From: Lepidodermella squamata
Taxonomy: Eukaryota > Animalia > Gastrotricha
Length of the DNA: 64,000 nucleotides
Assembly (NCBI GenBank): GCA_047495785.1
Contig: JBLDXI010000042.1
Coordinates: 1,984,001 to 2,048,000 of the forward strand
Direction: 5' to 3'
The notes below the pieces were generated by a model. It saw only the letters and a program-made list of their open reading frames with translations. It did not search any database and was not told where the DNA came from. The position numbers and the translations under genes are program-made. Of the stretch, positions 46,073 to 57,400 are shown in pieces. Position 1 is the first letter of the stretch. Each line of letters starts with the position of its first letter.

Positions 46073-46522
46073 CTAAGACATCAGATCTTTAAGCTTGATA
46101 TCATTCATAATGGACCCGTCATTTGTGAAATCGAGGAGAATTTCAAGCTTATTGCGATTTTTTGCCAGCTCTGACAGGAAGTAAACAACGTAAAAACCGC
46201 ACGCCACACTTTTAGTGTGCTGAATTTCATGAGTGGAATACCAAATGTCGCGATTACTTCGCCTATCAATGACTTCATTGGGACAAATGAACCCAAAGCT
46301 GTCGAAATAAATTATTTCCCCATCAGTTACCTGCATTCCTACCCAGTGCGTTCCTCCTCCAAAATCATCCAAGTTGATTACATAGTATCCATTTTTCAAA
46401 TGTATAGGCAAGAGATGCCTGGGGTAACATCCATTGTACTTCTTCCCAACTCTCGAGTACATCATTTTGTCAATATCCGAATTCGAAAGTGGGAAGAAGC
46501 GCCCTAGTTTTTTGACTCCCAT
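46073..46522 (-). CDS. Adenain-like cysteine protease
   Basis: INLDD..GGTHWV, YFDSFG, IQ...SVACGFY. Confidence 0.92.
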   Translation of the reverse strand: MGVKKLGRFFPLSNSDIDKMMYSRVGKKYNGCYPRHLLPIHLKNGYYVINLDDFGGGTHWVGMQVTDGEIIYFDSFGFICPNEVIDRRSNRDIWYSTHEIQHTKSVACGFYVVYFLSELAKNRNKLEILLDFTNDGSIMNDIKLKDLMS

Positions 46523-47133
46523 GGTAAATACACTCCATTTCCCTTATTCGCCTTGAACAATGTAGGTAAAAATGTCCCTAGCAGGCTAGCAACTAGTGGA
46601 ACAACGAATGAGCCACCCTTTTGCTCAATATCGCGATCAATCGAAAGTTTACTGCCCAGTGGTAATAAATTCTTATTTTCTAACATATCGACCATTTTGA
46701 CTAGTTCAGTCAAATCCTCTTTTGGAACTGATAGTTGTACGGTGGTCTCGGTTACGCCCTTCCCCGCTAATTTATTACCGATCGCGTTGGTTGCGCCGTT
46801 TATCAGCCCTGATACAGCACTCAGGGCTAAAGGTGCAGCAATCGTTGCGGCTTTCGCAAGTATGGGCAGGATGGGAAGTAGGCCGCCTGATTGACTTTTC
46901 TTCAGTTGCGATAAACTAAGCTTCAATTGAACACCGGTGTCGTTGGCTTTGTGTTTCTCTACTTTGTTTATTTGAGTTTGGGTAAGCATCAACTTGCGTA
47001 AATTTTCGTTTTGGTGAATAACCTGTTTGCTAAATTTAAGTGTTATTGACTTTTTGTTCTTCACCGCACCCTGGAGTTTCTCAAGCTGACTATCCGTCAG
47101 GGGCAATTCGTATTCGAAATACTTATGGCTCAT
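46504..47133 (-). CDS. Core/virion protein with GG/GxG motifs
   Basis: LTQTQINK..LSLSQL..QSGGLLP, LAGKG, QKGGSF, KGNG. Confidence 0.75.
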   Translation of the reverse strand: MSHKYFEYELPLTDSQLEKLQGAVKNKKSITLKFSKQVIHQNENLRKLMLTQTQINKVEKHKANDTGVQLKLSLSQLKKSQSGGLLPILPILAKAATIAAPLALSAVSGLINGATNAIGNKLAGKGVTETTVQLSVPKEDLTELVKMVDMLENKNLLPLGSKLSIDRDIEQKGGSFVVPLVASLLGTFLPTLFKANKGNGVYLPWESKN

Positions 47134-47158
47134 TTACCGCTAGATTAGAAATTTTGCA

Positions 47159-48535
47159 TTAGACGCTGGTAAGACTAATGTCAACAGAGTCATGCTTGTA
47201 GTTGAAGCATATCTCCTTTTCCCTTTCAATGAACGAATAAATTACAAAGGGCTTATTCACCGCACCGACCGTCGCTTTGAATACTACAGAAACAGTGTTA
47301 TCTGCTCGAGAGTTGTAAATGGAAGTAGCATCTACGTCGTCCAAGCAAAAGCAAAGAATTCTGTACAAGTTGCAGAATTCCATGTACGAAATCTGACATC
47401 CCGTATTCAGACTTTCCCTATCGCTGTTCTGGTGCATATTCTGTTTTATGTAATTGTATAACCGGTGAGCTTTCAGCTTAGCAAAAGAAACATTGGATTC
47501 ATTAAAGGCTTCTTTGTTATTAATCAAAAGGGAATATGAAGTAACGTTCCACGTGTTATATATCTGCGTGAGTTTCTTCGGATATTCCTCGTCTGAGTAA
47601 TCGGGGCAAAGAACAATATAAACCCAATTCGGTTTCCTTATTTCAGTGCTGACTGTGTACTGAATATTCGTGGTATTAGCAGCAAATTGACAGGACTGAT
47701 ATGGATCAATCGATATCCATTTATGAATTTTAGTGAATCCCTCGTTGAACTTTTTCATTATTGAAAGTTTCTGTTGGTTCATGAGCGTTACTTCCGGGAT
47801 GTACATATTAGCCCGATTGAAATAATAAGTTAATCCTTCAGCTGTATCTTTATCAGCCGCGGCAATCACATACACCAAAGGTCGATTATAGCTTGGGGTG
47901 AGAATAATCCTAAATCGAGACTTCGTGAAGATTCCGTGATATGAATTGAAAAAGGGCAAATCTTTCAGATATAAAGTGACGGTGGCCTCAGCAGATTTAA
48001 CATAACTGCTTCGCGTTATCAAACCCTTGTTAGCTGCAGCTTTCGAAGCATCGAAAGTGTCAGCCGTCACATCAGCAATTAGCGTTGTGCTTCCCAAAGC
48101 CAACGGGCAGTCTTTCGAAAATAACACTTCCCCTAAACTATTGGCGTACTCAGGACTCCATTTCAAAAGGAAATTGATGTTGGCCCAATGTTCGAGGAAC
48201 CGCAGCTCTTCGATTTTGTGATCCGAATCCGATATTTGAACTTCAATATTGTCAAACAGGCTCAACACGTGATTCCGAATGGCATACTTGTCAGTATTCA
48301 CGAACGCGGCTCCATTCTTCCTTTTAATTTGCAATTGAAACTCCAAGTACCCCTCTCTGACTAGTAAATAATTGTCTTTTAGGTTGTAGCTGGAAAATAT
48401 TAATTTCGAGGGTTGTGAATTTTGATCTTGAGTGAAATTCTGTGCTGGCGTTTCCGTCCATGTCTTTTTCTCAAAGACCCGATCTTGAATTTCAGTAGTC
48501 TCGAAAATGTTATTGACAATCTCTTGTTGAAGCAT
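47159..48535 (-). CDS. Major capsid protein
   Basis: 458 aa, beta-rich; GYLEF, LSLFDN, KPNWVYI, FCNLYRILCFCL; context between penton and protease. Confidence 0.8.
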   Translation of the reverse strand: MLQQEIVNNIFETTEIQDRVFEKKTWTETPAQNFTQDQNSQPSKLIFSSYNLKDNYLLVREGYLEFQLQIKRKNGAAFVNTDKYAIRNHVLSLFDNIEVQISDSDHKIEELRFLEHWANINFLLKWSPEYANSLGEVLFSKDCPLALGSTTLIADVTADTFDASKAAANKGLITRSSYVKSAEATVTLYLKDLPFFNSYHGIFTKSRFRIILTPSYNRPLVYVIAAADKDTAEGLTYYFNRANMYIPEVTLMNQQKLSIMKKFNEGFTKIHKWISIDPYQSCQFAANTTNIQYTVSTEIRKPNWVYIVLCPDYSDEEYPKKLTQIYNTWNVTSYSLLINNKEAFNESNVSFAKLKAHRLYNYIKQNMHQNSDRESLNTGCQISYMEFCNLYRILCFCLDDVDATSIYNSRADNTVSVVFKATVGAVNKPFVIYSFIEREKEICFNYKHDSVDISLTSV

Positions 48536-48866
48536 AATTTACCAAAGGATTAGATTTTTTAAATTCAACTTTTTTGAAACCAGAGCCCGAGTATGAAGTT
48601 ATATTATTTTTAATTTTGCGCTCAAGCTCCTCTATGGCTTTAAGATTAGTTGTCTCATGACTAGGCAGAACTTTATCAGCCAACTTCGTTGCTACGAAAC
48701 TTCCTACTTTATCTCCCGCAGCTTCTGAACCAGATTTCAGCGCTGCTTTGACAAAATTTTGGGCTGGTTCAGTTGATACTGCTATTATTTTTGATAAAAT
48801 GTGTCTACCAACGTCGACGAATCCTCGGCCAGAAATGTAAACGCGCTTTCTTTTTCGATTATTCAT
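48510..48866 (-). CDS. Small basic core protein
   Basis: Homologue of 1220-1522. Confidence 0.7.
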   Translation of the reverse strand: MNNRKRKRVYISGRGFVDVGRHILSKIIAVSTEPAQNFVKAALKSGSEAAGDKVGSFVATKLADKVLPSHETTNLKAIEELERKIKNNITSYSGSGFKKVEFKKSNPLVNYASTRDCQ

Positions 48867-48890
48867 AATTCAGCAATAACTAGATAAGCA

Positions 48891-49637
48891 CTAGATTATA
48901 TCTATACCTATCCCCCACCTACTTTCGACGAAGTAAATCTCGTTACCTTCTTGATTGGTGAGCCAGACTCGAATATTCTGCGTGTTCGCGTTTGTGCACA
49001 TTAGGAACCTTTTCTCGTTCGGGATGTAGTTGACGTGTTCCCCAAATTTTTTGTTGATAGGGCAAGTAAAAATAACTGTGTTATATTCGGGGATGACGCT
49101 ATTATTAACCACGGAACAATGGACGAACATTGTATCCAGCCCCATAGTCACATCAGGGACATTTTGAGAATTGAAATCGCGGTCGTAGGAGCCTACGTTG
49201 ACCCCGAGAAACCGGGCCATAGCGTCAGTTTCTACCATCAAACGATAATTCTCCGCAATCCTAACGCTAATGCAACTGAATACGGGGTTGACAGTGATAT
49301 TGATGCCGAAAATTTCTGCTCCTTTCGCGCTGTCAACGGCAAAATGTCCGTTTAACTTCATCTGGAAATGCAAATAATTGTTAAAATCTTGGAAGGTGTA
49401 CGTTCCATCAGGAAAAACTGTTTCAAATATTTCTTCGTTCAGCGAGTATTTCAATGTATTGTTTCCGTCACGAGCAGAAACGTTGTGAAACGTATCGCTG
49501 AAATGAATATAACTAACTGCAATTCGCCTTCCAGTGAAGTCTATTTTATCATTGAGGTATCGGTCGATGGTGTTATTTCGAGAACTTCGATTATTTGAAA
49601 GATACTCTAGTGGTAAGAAAATTGGATTCAGACTCAT
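48891..49637 (-). CDS. Minor capsid protein (penton)
   Basis: Homologue of 1547-2293. Confidence 0.75.
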   Translation of the reverse strand: MSLNPIFLPLEYLSNNRSSRNNTIDRYLNDKIDFTGRRIAVSYIHFSDTFHNVSARDGNNTLKYSLNEEIFETVFPDGTYTFQDFNNYLHFQMKLNGHFAVDSAKGAEIFGINITVNPVFSCISVRIAENYRLMVETDAMARFLGVNVGSYDRDFNSQNVPDVTMGLDTMFVHCSVVNNSVIPEYNTVIFTCPINKKFGEHVNYIPNEKRFLMCTNANTQNIRVWLTNQEGNEIYFVESRWGIGIDII

Positions 49638-49661
49638 TTTATTTGGAATCTAGATAATTCT

Positions 49662-50814
49662 CTATATACTACAAACTGTTGTGTATTCTTCCTTCGTTAT
49701 TTTTCCATGCTTCAGCAACAAGTCCGCTATAGACACCAATTCGTTCCTAATTGCTTCATTGTTATTACCTGCTTTAATTTCTCCTAAACAATGCAGCATA
49801 CGCTTTTGTGCATCCTGTAAGGTCACAAAAAGCGCAGAACCGGACTGCTTAGAAATTGCGAGTTCAGATCTTACGTTGGAGTGAGGTTTCGGTTGGTATC
49901 CGGTCCTACGACAAATTTCTTGGAAGTGTGAAGTCTTCTTGGGTGTATTTGTACTTTTTCGGTTCATATCGCCTTAAAATGAGATTTCTCACGCCATCGG
50001 AAATTTGCTCATCAAACACTCTGCTTTGGTTCTTTTTTCTGACGCGGAGCCACCCGTCGAGTAAGTCTTCCTTGCGTACATAAAATCGCCCAAACCTTTG
50101 GAGATTTTTTGGGATTGGTTTAGTGAAACCGTCGCCTAGCTGTTTGCTTTTTAATGTTTCGCGATAGTTTCTCAGAACTGCGATGTCGCGCTTAATTCTA
50201 TTATAGTCTTCTGAATCTCTTTTCCCCGCTCGTGTGAGACTAGAGAGCCTGGCCCCCAATACCTGTCTGTTGTATGTGGCCAAACTTACTACGGCTTCTT
50301 CTATGTCCTCTTGTTTAATTTGCTCAATTGTTGGGAAATTATGCTGACGGATGATAGTGTTCATTTCGTCTGTGGTAAATGTCCCATCTTGAGCATCAGG
50401 TTCCTTCGACGAGTCAGAGCCTTGATCACTCTCATCATTTTGCGAATTTCGCGAAGAGGCTAACCTACTTTTCTCAGGACTCTCATACTCAAGTTTAGGG
50501 ATTTTTAGAGCCACAGGGGATGCAGAGGCAGAAATTGTTGAAATGCCGTGTTTAGCTATTAGTGGTTTCTTTTTTACAACTAATTCCTTAATCGAATTTT
50601 GCAAACTACGTATGGCTTCAGTGGTCGGTCGTTGGTTGATTGCTGTTTGTATGGCCGTCAGCGGGCTGGGTTCCGTTTCCATCCCAAATTTGTGCTTGAG
50701 CGCATAAGAATCATGACTTGCAAGCGCGAGGTTTTTATCATACAGTTTTTCTTCTCTATCTAATTGCTCCAAAATTTTTATCTGCTCGGGGATCGTGAGT
50801 TCTTTGATCGGCAT
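49662..50814 (-). pseudogene. Homologue of 2318-3481 with a 2-nt deletion near 49932
   Basis: TQED/SHFQEIC is continuous in A but split across two frames here. Confidence 0.75.
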
Positions 50815-51438
50815 TTGGTTTACCACTAGATTTTCTCAATCAGATTTTACCGAATTGACCGAATGCTTTCAGTGTTGAAGAGTTCAAGATAGACTATCAG
50901 GCCATGGGAAAAATTCCGTTTCGACTCATTTCAACGGAAAACATTCTAGTTTAACCCAGCTTAAACCAGCAAATATTGCGATTTCCGGCCATCGGAATAT
51001 TACCGAATGAGTTTAGGGTTGGAGGATTCAAGACACGAGGCTGAAGGATTTTTTGAAAACGGAGGGCCGGTATTACGCCTCTTGGCTCGCTGCTAACTGG
51101 CCGGAGGGCTGGTATTACGCGAGCCCTTAGCTCGCTACTAGCGGTCCTACGGACCGGTACTCGGGCGGTGTTCGACCGCCGGTACGCTCCTTCGGAGCTA
51201 ACGGGTCGTTTGACCCGGTATTACTCGAGCCCTTGGCTCGATGCTAGCGGTCCTACGGCCCAGTACGCAGAACACTGAGTATCAGGCCATGGAAAATAAT
51301 GCGTTTAGACCCATTTTAACGGTAAACTTTCTAGTTTAACCCAGCTTAAAACAGCGAATATTGCGATTTCCGGCGAAAGCGGACGCAAATCCGGCCTCAG
51401 AAATATTGAGCGAGTTTGGGAATTTACCAGGGGCGCGC

Positions 51439-52161
51439 TCAGGCCCCAGCTGAATCAGATTCGCTGACAAAAATTCCCGTATAATTTGCTCTAAGCTTCA
51501 GCGATTTATGTTTTATCACGCTGTCTATTATAAAAGAACCGTGATTATTATTGGACGAAACGCTCAATTCATACTTTTTCAGGAACCCAGGCTTTTCTAT
51601 TTCTGCAGCATAAATTCTGTGAATTGTTTGCAGTTCGCGTCCATCATTCAGCTTTTTCAAAACAATGAACTGCGCATTGTCGCGAATTATTTTCGGAATT
51701 TTGAAATATGACTGACTCAAATAAACCACGGAGCAATTGTACTTTCGCGACCTGATGTAGAGATCGCCGATGTATTTCTCTTGGTTTTTAGCATTTTCCA
51801 AACAAATGTCATCAAAGACATACAAGTGCTGATACTTCTTGTCAAGCTTATCAAGGGGCACGACATCCGCTATATCAGTGGAAAAGTGGATAAGTGACTC
51901 GTTTACCCCTTTCATTTTCAACTCCGCTTCTTTAGCTTTCTGCAAATTTATCAAAAACTGGTATTTGTCTTCATCCAAGGTTTTAGAGTAAATGTGCAGC
52001 TTATGAAAAACAGAATGATGGATGATATTGAGCAAATCATTAGTTTTCCCGCTATTACTTGGACCGATAATAATTGTTCGGAAACAATGCTGCGGGTAAA
52101 AAGGGGAAATATTGAGTGGCGTAGACTCGCTTTTTGGAATTATTTCATCAAAATTGATCAT
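51439..52161 (-). CDS. Packaging ATPase
   Basis: GPSNSGKT, YVFDD; homologue of 3504-4214. Confidence 0.93.
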   Translation of the reverse strand: MINFDEIIPKSESTPLNISPFYPQHCFRTIIIGPSNSGKTNDLLNIIHHSVFHKLHIYSKTLDEDKYQFLINLQKAKEAELKMKGVNESLIHFSTDIADVVPLDKLDKKYQHLYVFDDICLENAKNQEKYIGDLYIRSRKYNCSVVYLSQSYFKIPKIIRDNAQFIVLKKLNDGRELQTIHRIYAAEIEKPGFLKKYELSVSSNNNHGSFIIDSVIKHKSLKLRANYTGIFVSESDSAGA

Positions 52162-52207
52162 TTTAATTCAGGTTAGAAATTTCTAATGCTGTTATAAGCA
52201 TTGTGAA

Positions 52208-53800
52208 ATGTTCGACGGAGTTATCAATAACTTGCCGGTAGAATTGCATCTTCCTTCTTACCCGTTCAAAGGGGAGCATCGTTCCAACGGATCATTCAAC
52301 AACACGCAGAAATACAGTTACGCTGGGCCAGGTACAAATTTCGTCCAGCGCATGAAGGAAGGATATGAAGGAATCAATGATTTGGACAAAGCAGCTAAAA
52401 CTCACGACTATTACTATTGGAAATCTAAAGATCGAGAAATGCGGACAAGAGCAGACAGACTTCTAGCCGAAGAAGCTTTCAAGATAGCCAACGACGATTC
52501 TAAAAACGGATACGAGAGAGCCATGGCTGCCTTCGTTTTCAAAACCTTTCACGAAGGAGGCTTAGCCGATAGATTCCATGGAGGCCGAGTGCTTACAGGA
52601 TACGAGCTATCCAGTCGGGAGTTCCATGGCGGTCAAGGGCTGACGGGCCATGAGCTTCCGCCTAATGAACGCGAGTGCCGCGGAGAAGGATACGAATTGC
52701 GGCAAAGGAAACCTGTGGATTATACTGCAACAAAATTTATCGGCGAGGTTCCGCAACCAAAACGATCAAGGAAAAAAGCAGAAAGCGGCGTCAAAACAAC
52801 GCAAGCAGTCCCAGCGTCGAAAAAAGAGACGGATGCAGATCAAAGCTTGAGCAAAGTCAAATTCCACGTTCTGTCCGAGGAACTTCATAAACCGGCCCGG
52901 AAGCATTTTCCTCGCAGGCGAGTGTATATTCACGACATCGACGAAACCTGGGGCATGGATATCGTGTTTCTGAGCGATTTATCCGAAGAAAATAATCAGC
53001 ATAAGTATTTACTCACGATTATAGATTGCTTTTCCAAATATGCGTGGGCTGTCGCACTTAAGAGCAAGGATGCAAAAAATGTTTTTGATGCATTTTTGTC
53101 TGTGGTCCGAGAAAGCAACAGGAAGCCCAAAAATATTTGGGTAGATCAAGGCAGTGAATTTTACAATGCTGTGTTCACGAAATGGCTGAAAGCTAATAAT
53201 GTTAACAGGTATTCGACTTATGAGAATTTTCACAATCCCATAATAGAAAGTTTCAACCGAACTTTGAAAACCAAGATGTGGAAAAGGTTCACACTGGACA
53301 ACACCCGTAACTGGGTTGACATGCTCGATAGCTTGGTCAGTGATTATAATAATTCTCTGCATCGGTCGATAGGAATGACTCCCATCGAGGCCAGCGATCC
53401 CAAAAACCACAACAAAGTCCATTCTAGGCTGAATCCCCTGGAACGAGAAGAAAAATTAGAAAAGCCGAAATTTGCGCTGGGTGACGTGATTAGGATAAGC
53501 CGCGTAAAAGGCGCATTCGAAAAAGGGTATCACCCTTCATGGAGCGAAGAACTATTGCGAGTTGTAAAAATAAATGACACATATCCGAGAACATACCAGA
53601 TAGAGGCAATGGACGGCGAGCCTGTTTTCGGTAGTTTTTACGAGCAAGAAATGCAAAAATCGAAACAGCAGGTAGATGACGTGTATAGAGTTGAGAAAAT
53701 TTTGGATAGGAAGAAAGTTAAAGGAAAAGAGTTGGTTTTAATCAAATGGTCGGGTTATGACAAACCCACATGGGAAAATGCAGAAAATGTTATTGATTAA
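52208..53800 (+). CDS. PLA2 - integrase - chromodomain fusion
   Basis: YAGPG, DKAAKTHDYYY, MDI, WVDQG, IIESFNR, YRVEKIL..IKWSGY..TWE. Confidence 0.92.
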   Translation: MFDGVINNLPVELHLPSYPFKGEHRSNGSFNNTQKYSYAGPGTNFVQRMKEGYEGINDLDKAAKTHDYYYWKSKDREMRTRADRLLAEEAFKIANDDSKNGYERAMAAFVFKTFHEGGLADRFHGGRVLTGYELSSREFHGGQGLTGHELPPNERECRGEGYELRQRKPVDYTATKFIGEVPQPKRSRKKAESGVKTTQAVPASKKETDADQSLSKVKFHVLSEELHKPARKHFPRRRVYIHDIDETWGMDIVFLSDLSEENNQHKYLLTIIDCFSKYAWAVALKSKDAKNVFDAFLSVVRESNRKPKNIWVDQGSEFYNAVFTKWLKANNVNRYSTYENFHNPIIESFNRTLKTKMWKRFTLDNTRNWVDMLDSLVSDYNNSLHRSIGMTPIEASDPKNHNKVHSRLNPLEREEKLEKPKFALGDVIRISRVKGAFEKGYHPSWSEELLRVVKINDTYPRTYQIEAMDGEPVFGSFYEQEMQKSKQQVDDVYRVEKILDRKKVKGKELVLIKWSGYDKPTWENAENVID

Positions 53801-53960
53801 TGATTCAAATTATCATGCAAGGCATATGGAACCGTCACATTTCATATGCCCTGATGGTAAGGCTAAAATCCCTCGTAAATTCCTACTTTATATGTAGAAA
53901 ATTTTTCACCAGACTTTGCGGAGAGCATTTCACGAAAAATATTCTGAAGAATCAAAGCTG

Positions 53961-54206
53961 CTAAACCTTGTTGTTAGAAATAATTGCTTTGATTTGTTTA
54001 TACTCCTCTACCATTGCTTTTCGCTTCTCATAATACTTCTTTTGCGCAGTTTTCAAAGCTGACTTATAGCCTTCTTTTCTTTCTTCATCTGTTCTATATT
54101 TTATCCATCTTGGATAACTGGCACATCCACTTGTGATGAGTTGGGTCTTCTGACTCTGTTCTGCTGGCTGAGGCATGTCATTAACTTTATGAATTCCGAC
54201 AGACAT
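53961..54206 (-). CDS. Small basic protein, positional homologue of 5823-6116
   Basis: KYRTDEERKEGYK...KKYY; start codon uncertain. Confidence 0.5.
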   Translation of the reverse strand: MSVGIHKVNDMPQPAEQSQKTQLITSGCASYPRWIKYRTDEERKEGYKSALKTAQKKYYEKRKAMVEEYKQIKAIISNNKV

Positions 54207-54497
54207 AGGATTTATATTATTATTTATATAAATATATAAGAAAATATTTTTTAAGTATTGTTTCATCATTCTCGACTGACTGTGGGGTCTGTTGAAAATT
54301 GCAACCTGCCGAGCTTAAATTCCCCTGAGAAAAATGAAAATTTAACCCTCTGATCCATAACAGCTATCCATAATCTTAACTGGCGCGTTGAAAAGGCTTA
54401 AAAAATAATCTCCTCACAATATATATAGATATATAAATCCTCGATTTTCCCTCGTAAATTCCCAATTCCTAGAAAAGAACAGAAAATCCCTCATCCC

Positions 54498-57400
54498 GTG
54501 GCTCCCCACAGGCAAATCATAGTTAATGGAACAGCGTTCACCAAGTTTTTGAGTCAAAACTATTACTATGACAAAAGACGAAAAGTCTTGAAGGAAGGAG
54601 TAAAGCTTCCCGATGGATCCGTAATTCCTGTCGATTCACCCAAGTTACGCCGTATGCTGAAAACTGGTAGTTATTTTCATGATAGACAAAATAGGAAACT
54701 GATGGAGTACGCCAATAATAATACGATAGGTACCGTTTTCGACCCAGAAAATGGTGCAGAAATCCTAACCGGTAGTCAAAGATACGAAGAAATAAAGAAA
54801 AATAACTATGTTTTAAAAGGGCGAGGATTCGTCCAAATCCCCGTTCGGAGGGCCGAATCAGTCATTAACCCCACAACAAGTCGCCCAATAAAGATTGGAG
54901 GCGCGGCATTTAACCGGCTGATCCGCGCGGGTTACATTTACATTGCTTCAATGAATAGTTTCGAAAAATCAGATTACGTCCGCCAACTGCGACCAGATGA
55001 CTTCGGCACTTTCGTAGAAGTCACGTCAATGCTCAAGCTGTTACCAATAGTGCAAGGCTTCGATTATTTGAAATACACCTCTGTGATACGCCCGAAAGTG
55101 ATTGATGAATATCGACGACAATTGAATTCTCTCGGCCCAGTTAAAGTCGTGCTTCATGCTGAGGTGGAATTCATTCACAAAATAACGAGGAAGTGCATCA
55201 CAATTTTTAAATGGAGCTCTTCAAGCAACGCGGCACCTTTAGTCACAAATGCGGCGGACATTCCCGACGTTGTCGACGGCCTCTTTTCCATGCTTGCAGA
55301 CGGCATTCGAGACTTTGAAGAGAGAGGTAGTCAGTTCGTATTTAATAAAATGGTTGACACAGATGTCAACACCTTCCGGTATCATCCGACTGCCGGAGGG
55401 AGCTACATTCCCACGCCGGATTACATCAAACGGAAACATGCTGTAGTCAACGTTAAAAACTCTGACGATAAATGCATTATTTGGAGTATTTTAGCTTGTA
55501 GGTACCCGCCAAAAGATCACGTGGACCGAGTCAGCAATTACAGGTGGTGTTTGAATAGTGTGCAATACGATGGTATAGATTTTCCCATAAAATATGAAGA
55601 TATCGAGAAATTAGAGGATTCAAATGTTTTAAATTTGAATATAATTGAATATGATGATGAAAAACGAACATTCTCCCCCTTTTACATATCCAAACGGAGT
55701 TATCATGAGGAAATTAATTTGTTGCGTACAACTGATAACGAAAAGGCCCACTACAGCTGGATCAAAAACCCCAGTGCGTTGTTTGCATCCACTAACAAGA
55801 ACGAACACGCGCGTTTTTGGTGTTTCAAGTGTTTTACCAGCTTCACTTCAGAAGAAGTGAGACAAAACCACATTCTGGATAACAAATGCGTAGGTTTCGA
55901 AAAAAATATACGAGTGCATTTTCCAAAAAGCAATACAATTAAATTTAATAACGTATACAAACAGCTTCGCTTGCCTTTTGCTTTTTATTGCGACATCGAG
56001 TGCTTTCTTGTTGACATTAACAAAAACCACGGGACTAACTCGATTGCGTATCAACACCACCGGGCAAATTCGTTCGGGTGCTATTTCAAAAGTGACATCG
56101 CGTCACTTCCCTCGAAATGCCAATCATTTGAAAACTGCGCCAGCTTCCTTGAGTATCTTTTGTCTAAGACAACGCACCTAATCAAGTTTCTAACTTCAAC
56201 AAATGTTCCAATGAATCTGAGCGAAACCGAGGAAAGGTCCTTCAGGTCGGCGTCAATTTGCCATATTTGCAGCTGCCCGGTTTCCGAAGACGAAAAAGTT
56301 CGAGACCATGATCATCTAACAGGCAGATTCCGTGGTGCAGCTCATAATTCGTGTAATTTAGAGTACAGCTACAAAAAAACGGCAATTCCCGTGATTTTCC
56401 ATAATTTGAAAGGGTATGACAGTCACTTGATTCTGAAATCTTTGGGGGAAGTGCTTGTAGAGTTCAACAAGGGTAGGTTGACGAAAAATCTCAAGCCGCT
56501 GAAAATCAACATTATTGCGCAGAGTTCCGAAAAATTCATCGGTTTCTCGGTTGGCCGGTTGCGATTCATCGACAGTTTTAATTTCATGTCCACTGGCCTG
56601 GACCAAATGATTGAGAATCTGAAGAAGTCCGGGGGGAAATTTGAACATTTGAATTCGAACTTTTCGGAATTCACAGATGAACAGCGATGTCTGCTGTTGA
56701 AAAAAGGGGTTTATCCGTACGATTATATGAATTCCCCCAGGAGGTTCCAAGAAACTAAGTTGCCAGCTAAGGAACATTTCTCGAGCAAGTTAAAATCGAA
56801 CAGCTTGGTGACCGATGACATCGGCAGAATAGAAGATGCGCCTGTTCCGATCTCCGACGAGGAATACAATCACGCTAAAAACGTGTGGGATAAATTAAAA
56901 TGCAAAACCATGAAGGATTATCACGATGCATATTTGAAAACTGATGTCCTTCTCCTAGCAGATTGCTTCGAAAATTTCAGAAGTATTTCGATGAAGAGTT
57001 ACTCGCTGGATCCAGCTCATTTTTTCACCACTCCAGGGCTAACATGGGACGCCGGAAAGAAGTACACCAAAGCCTCTATAGGTATTTTGAATGACAATGA
57101 AATGTTAGAATTTGTCGAAAAAAGTGTGCGTGGGGGCATAAGTGGCGTAGTTCTTAGGCATGCGAAAGCTAACAATCCTTACATGAAAAATTATGACAAG
57201 ACAATGCCAAAATCTTATATCACGTGCTTAGACGCAAATAACCTGTATGGCTGGGCAGCTTCTCAAATGCTTCCGATCGGAGACTTCGCGTTCGTCGATG
57301 CCTCTGTTTTCACCCAAGACTACATTTTGCGCCTGAGCGATGAAGCTGAATTTGGATACATGCTCTCAATCGACGCAATGTATCCGCGTAGACTTCACGA

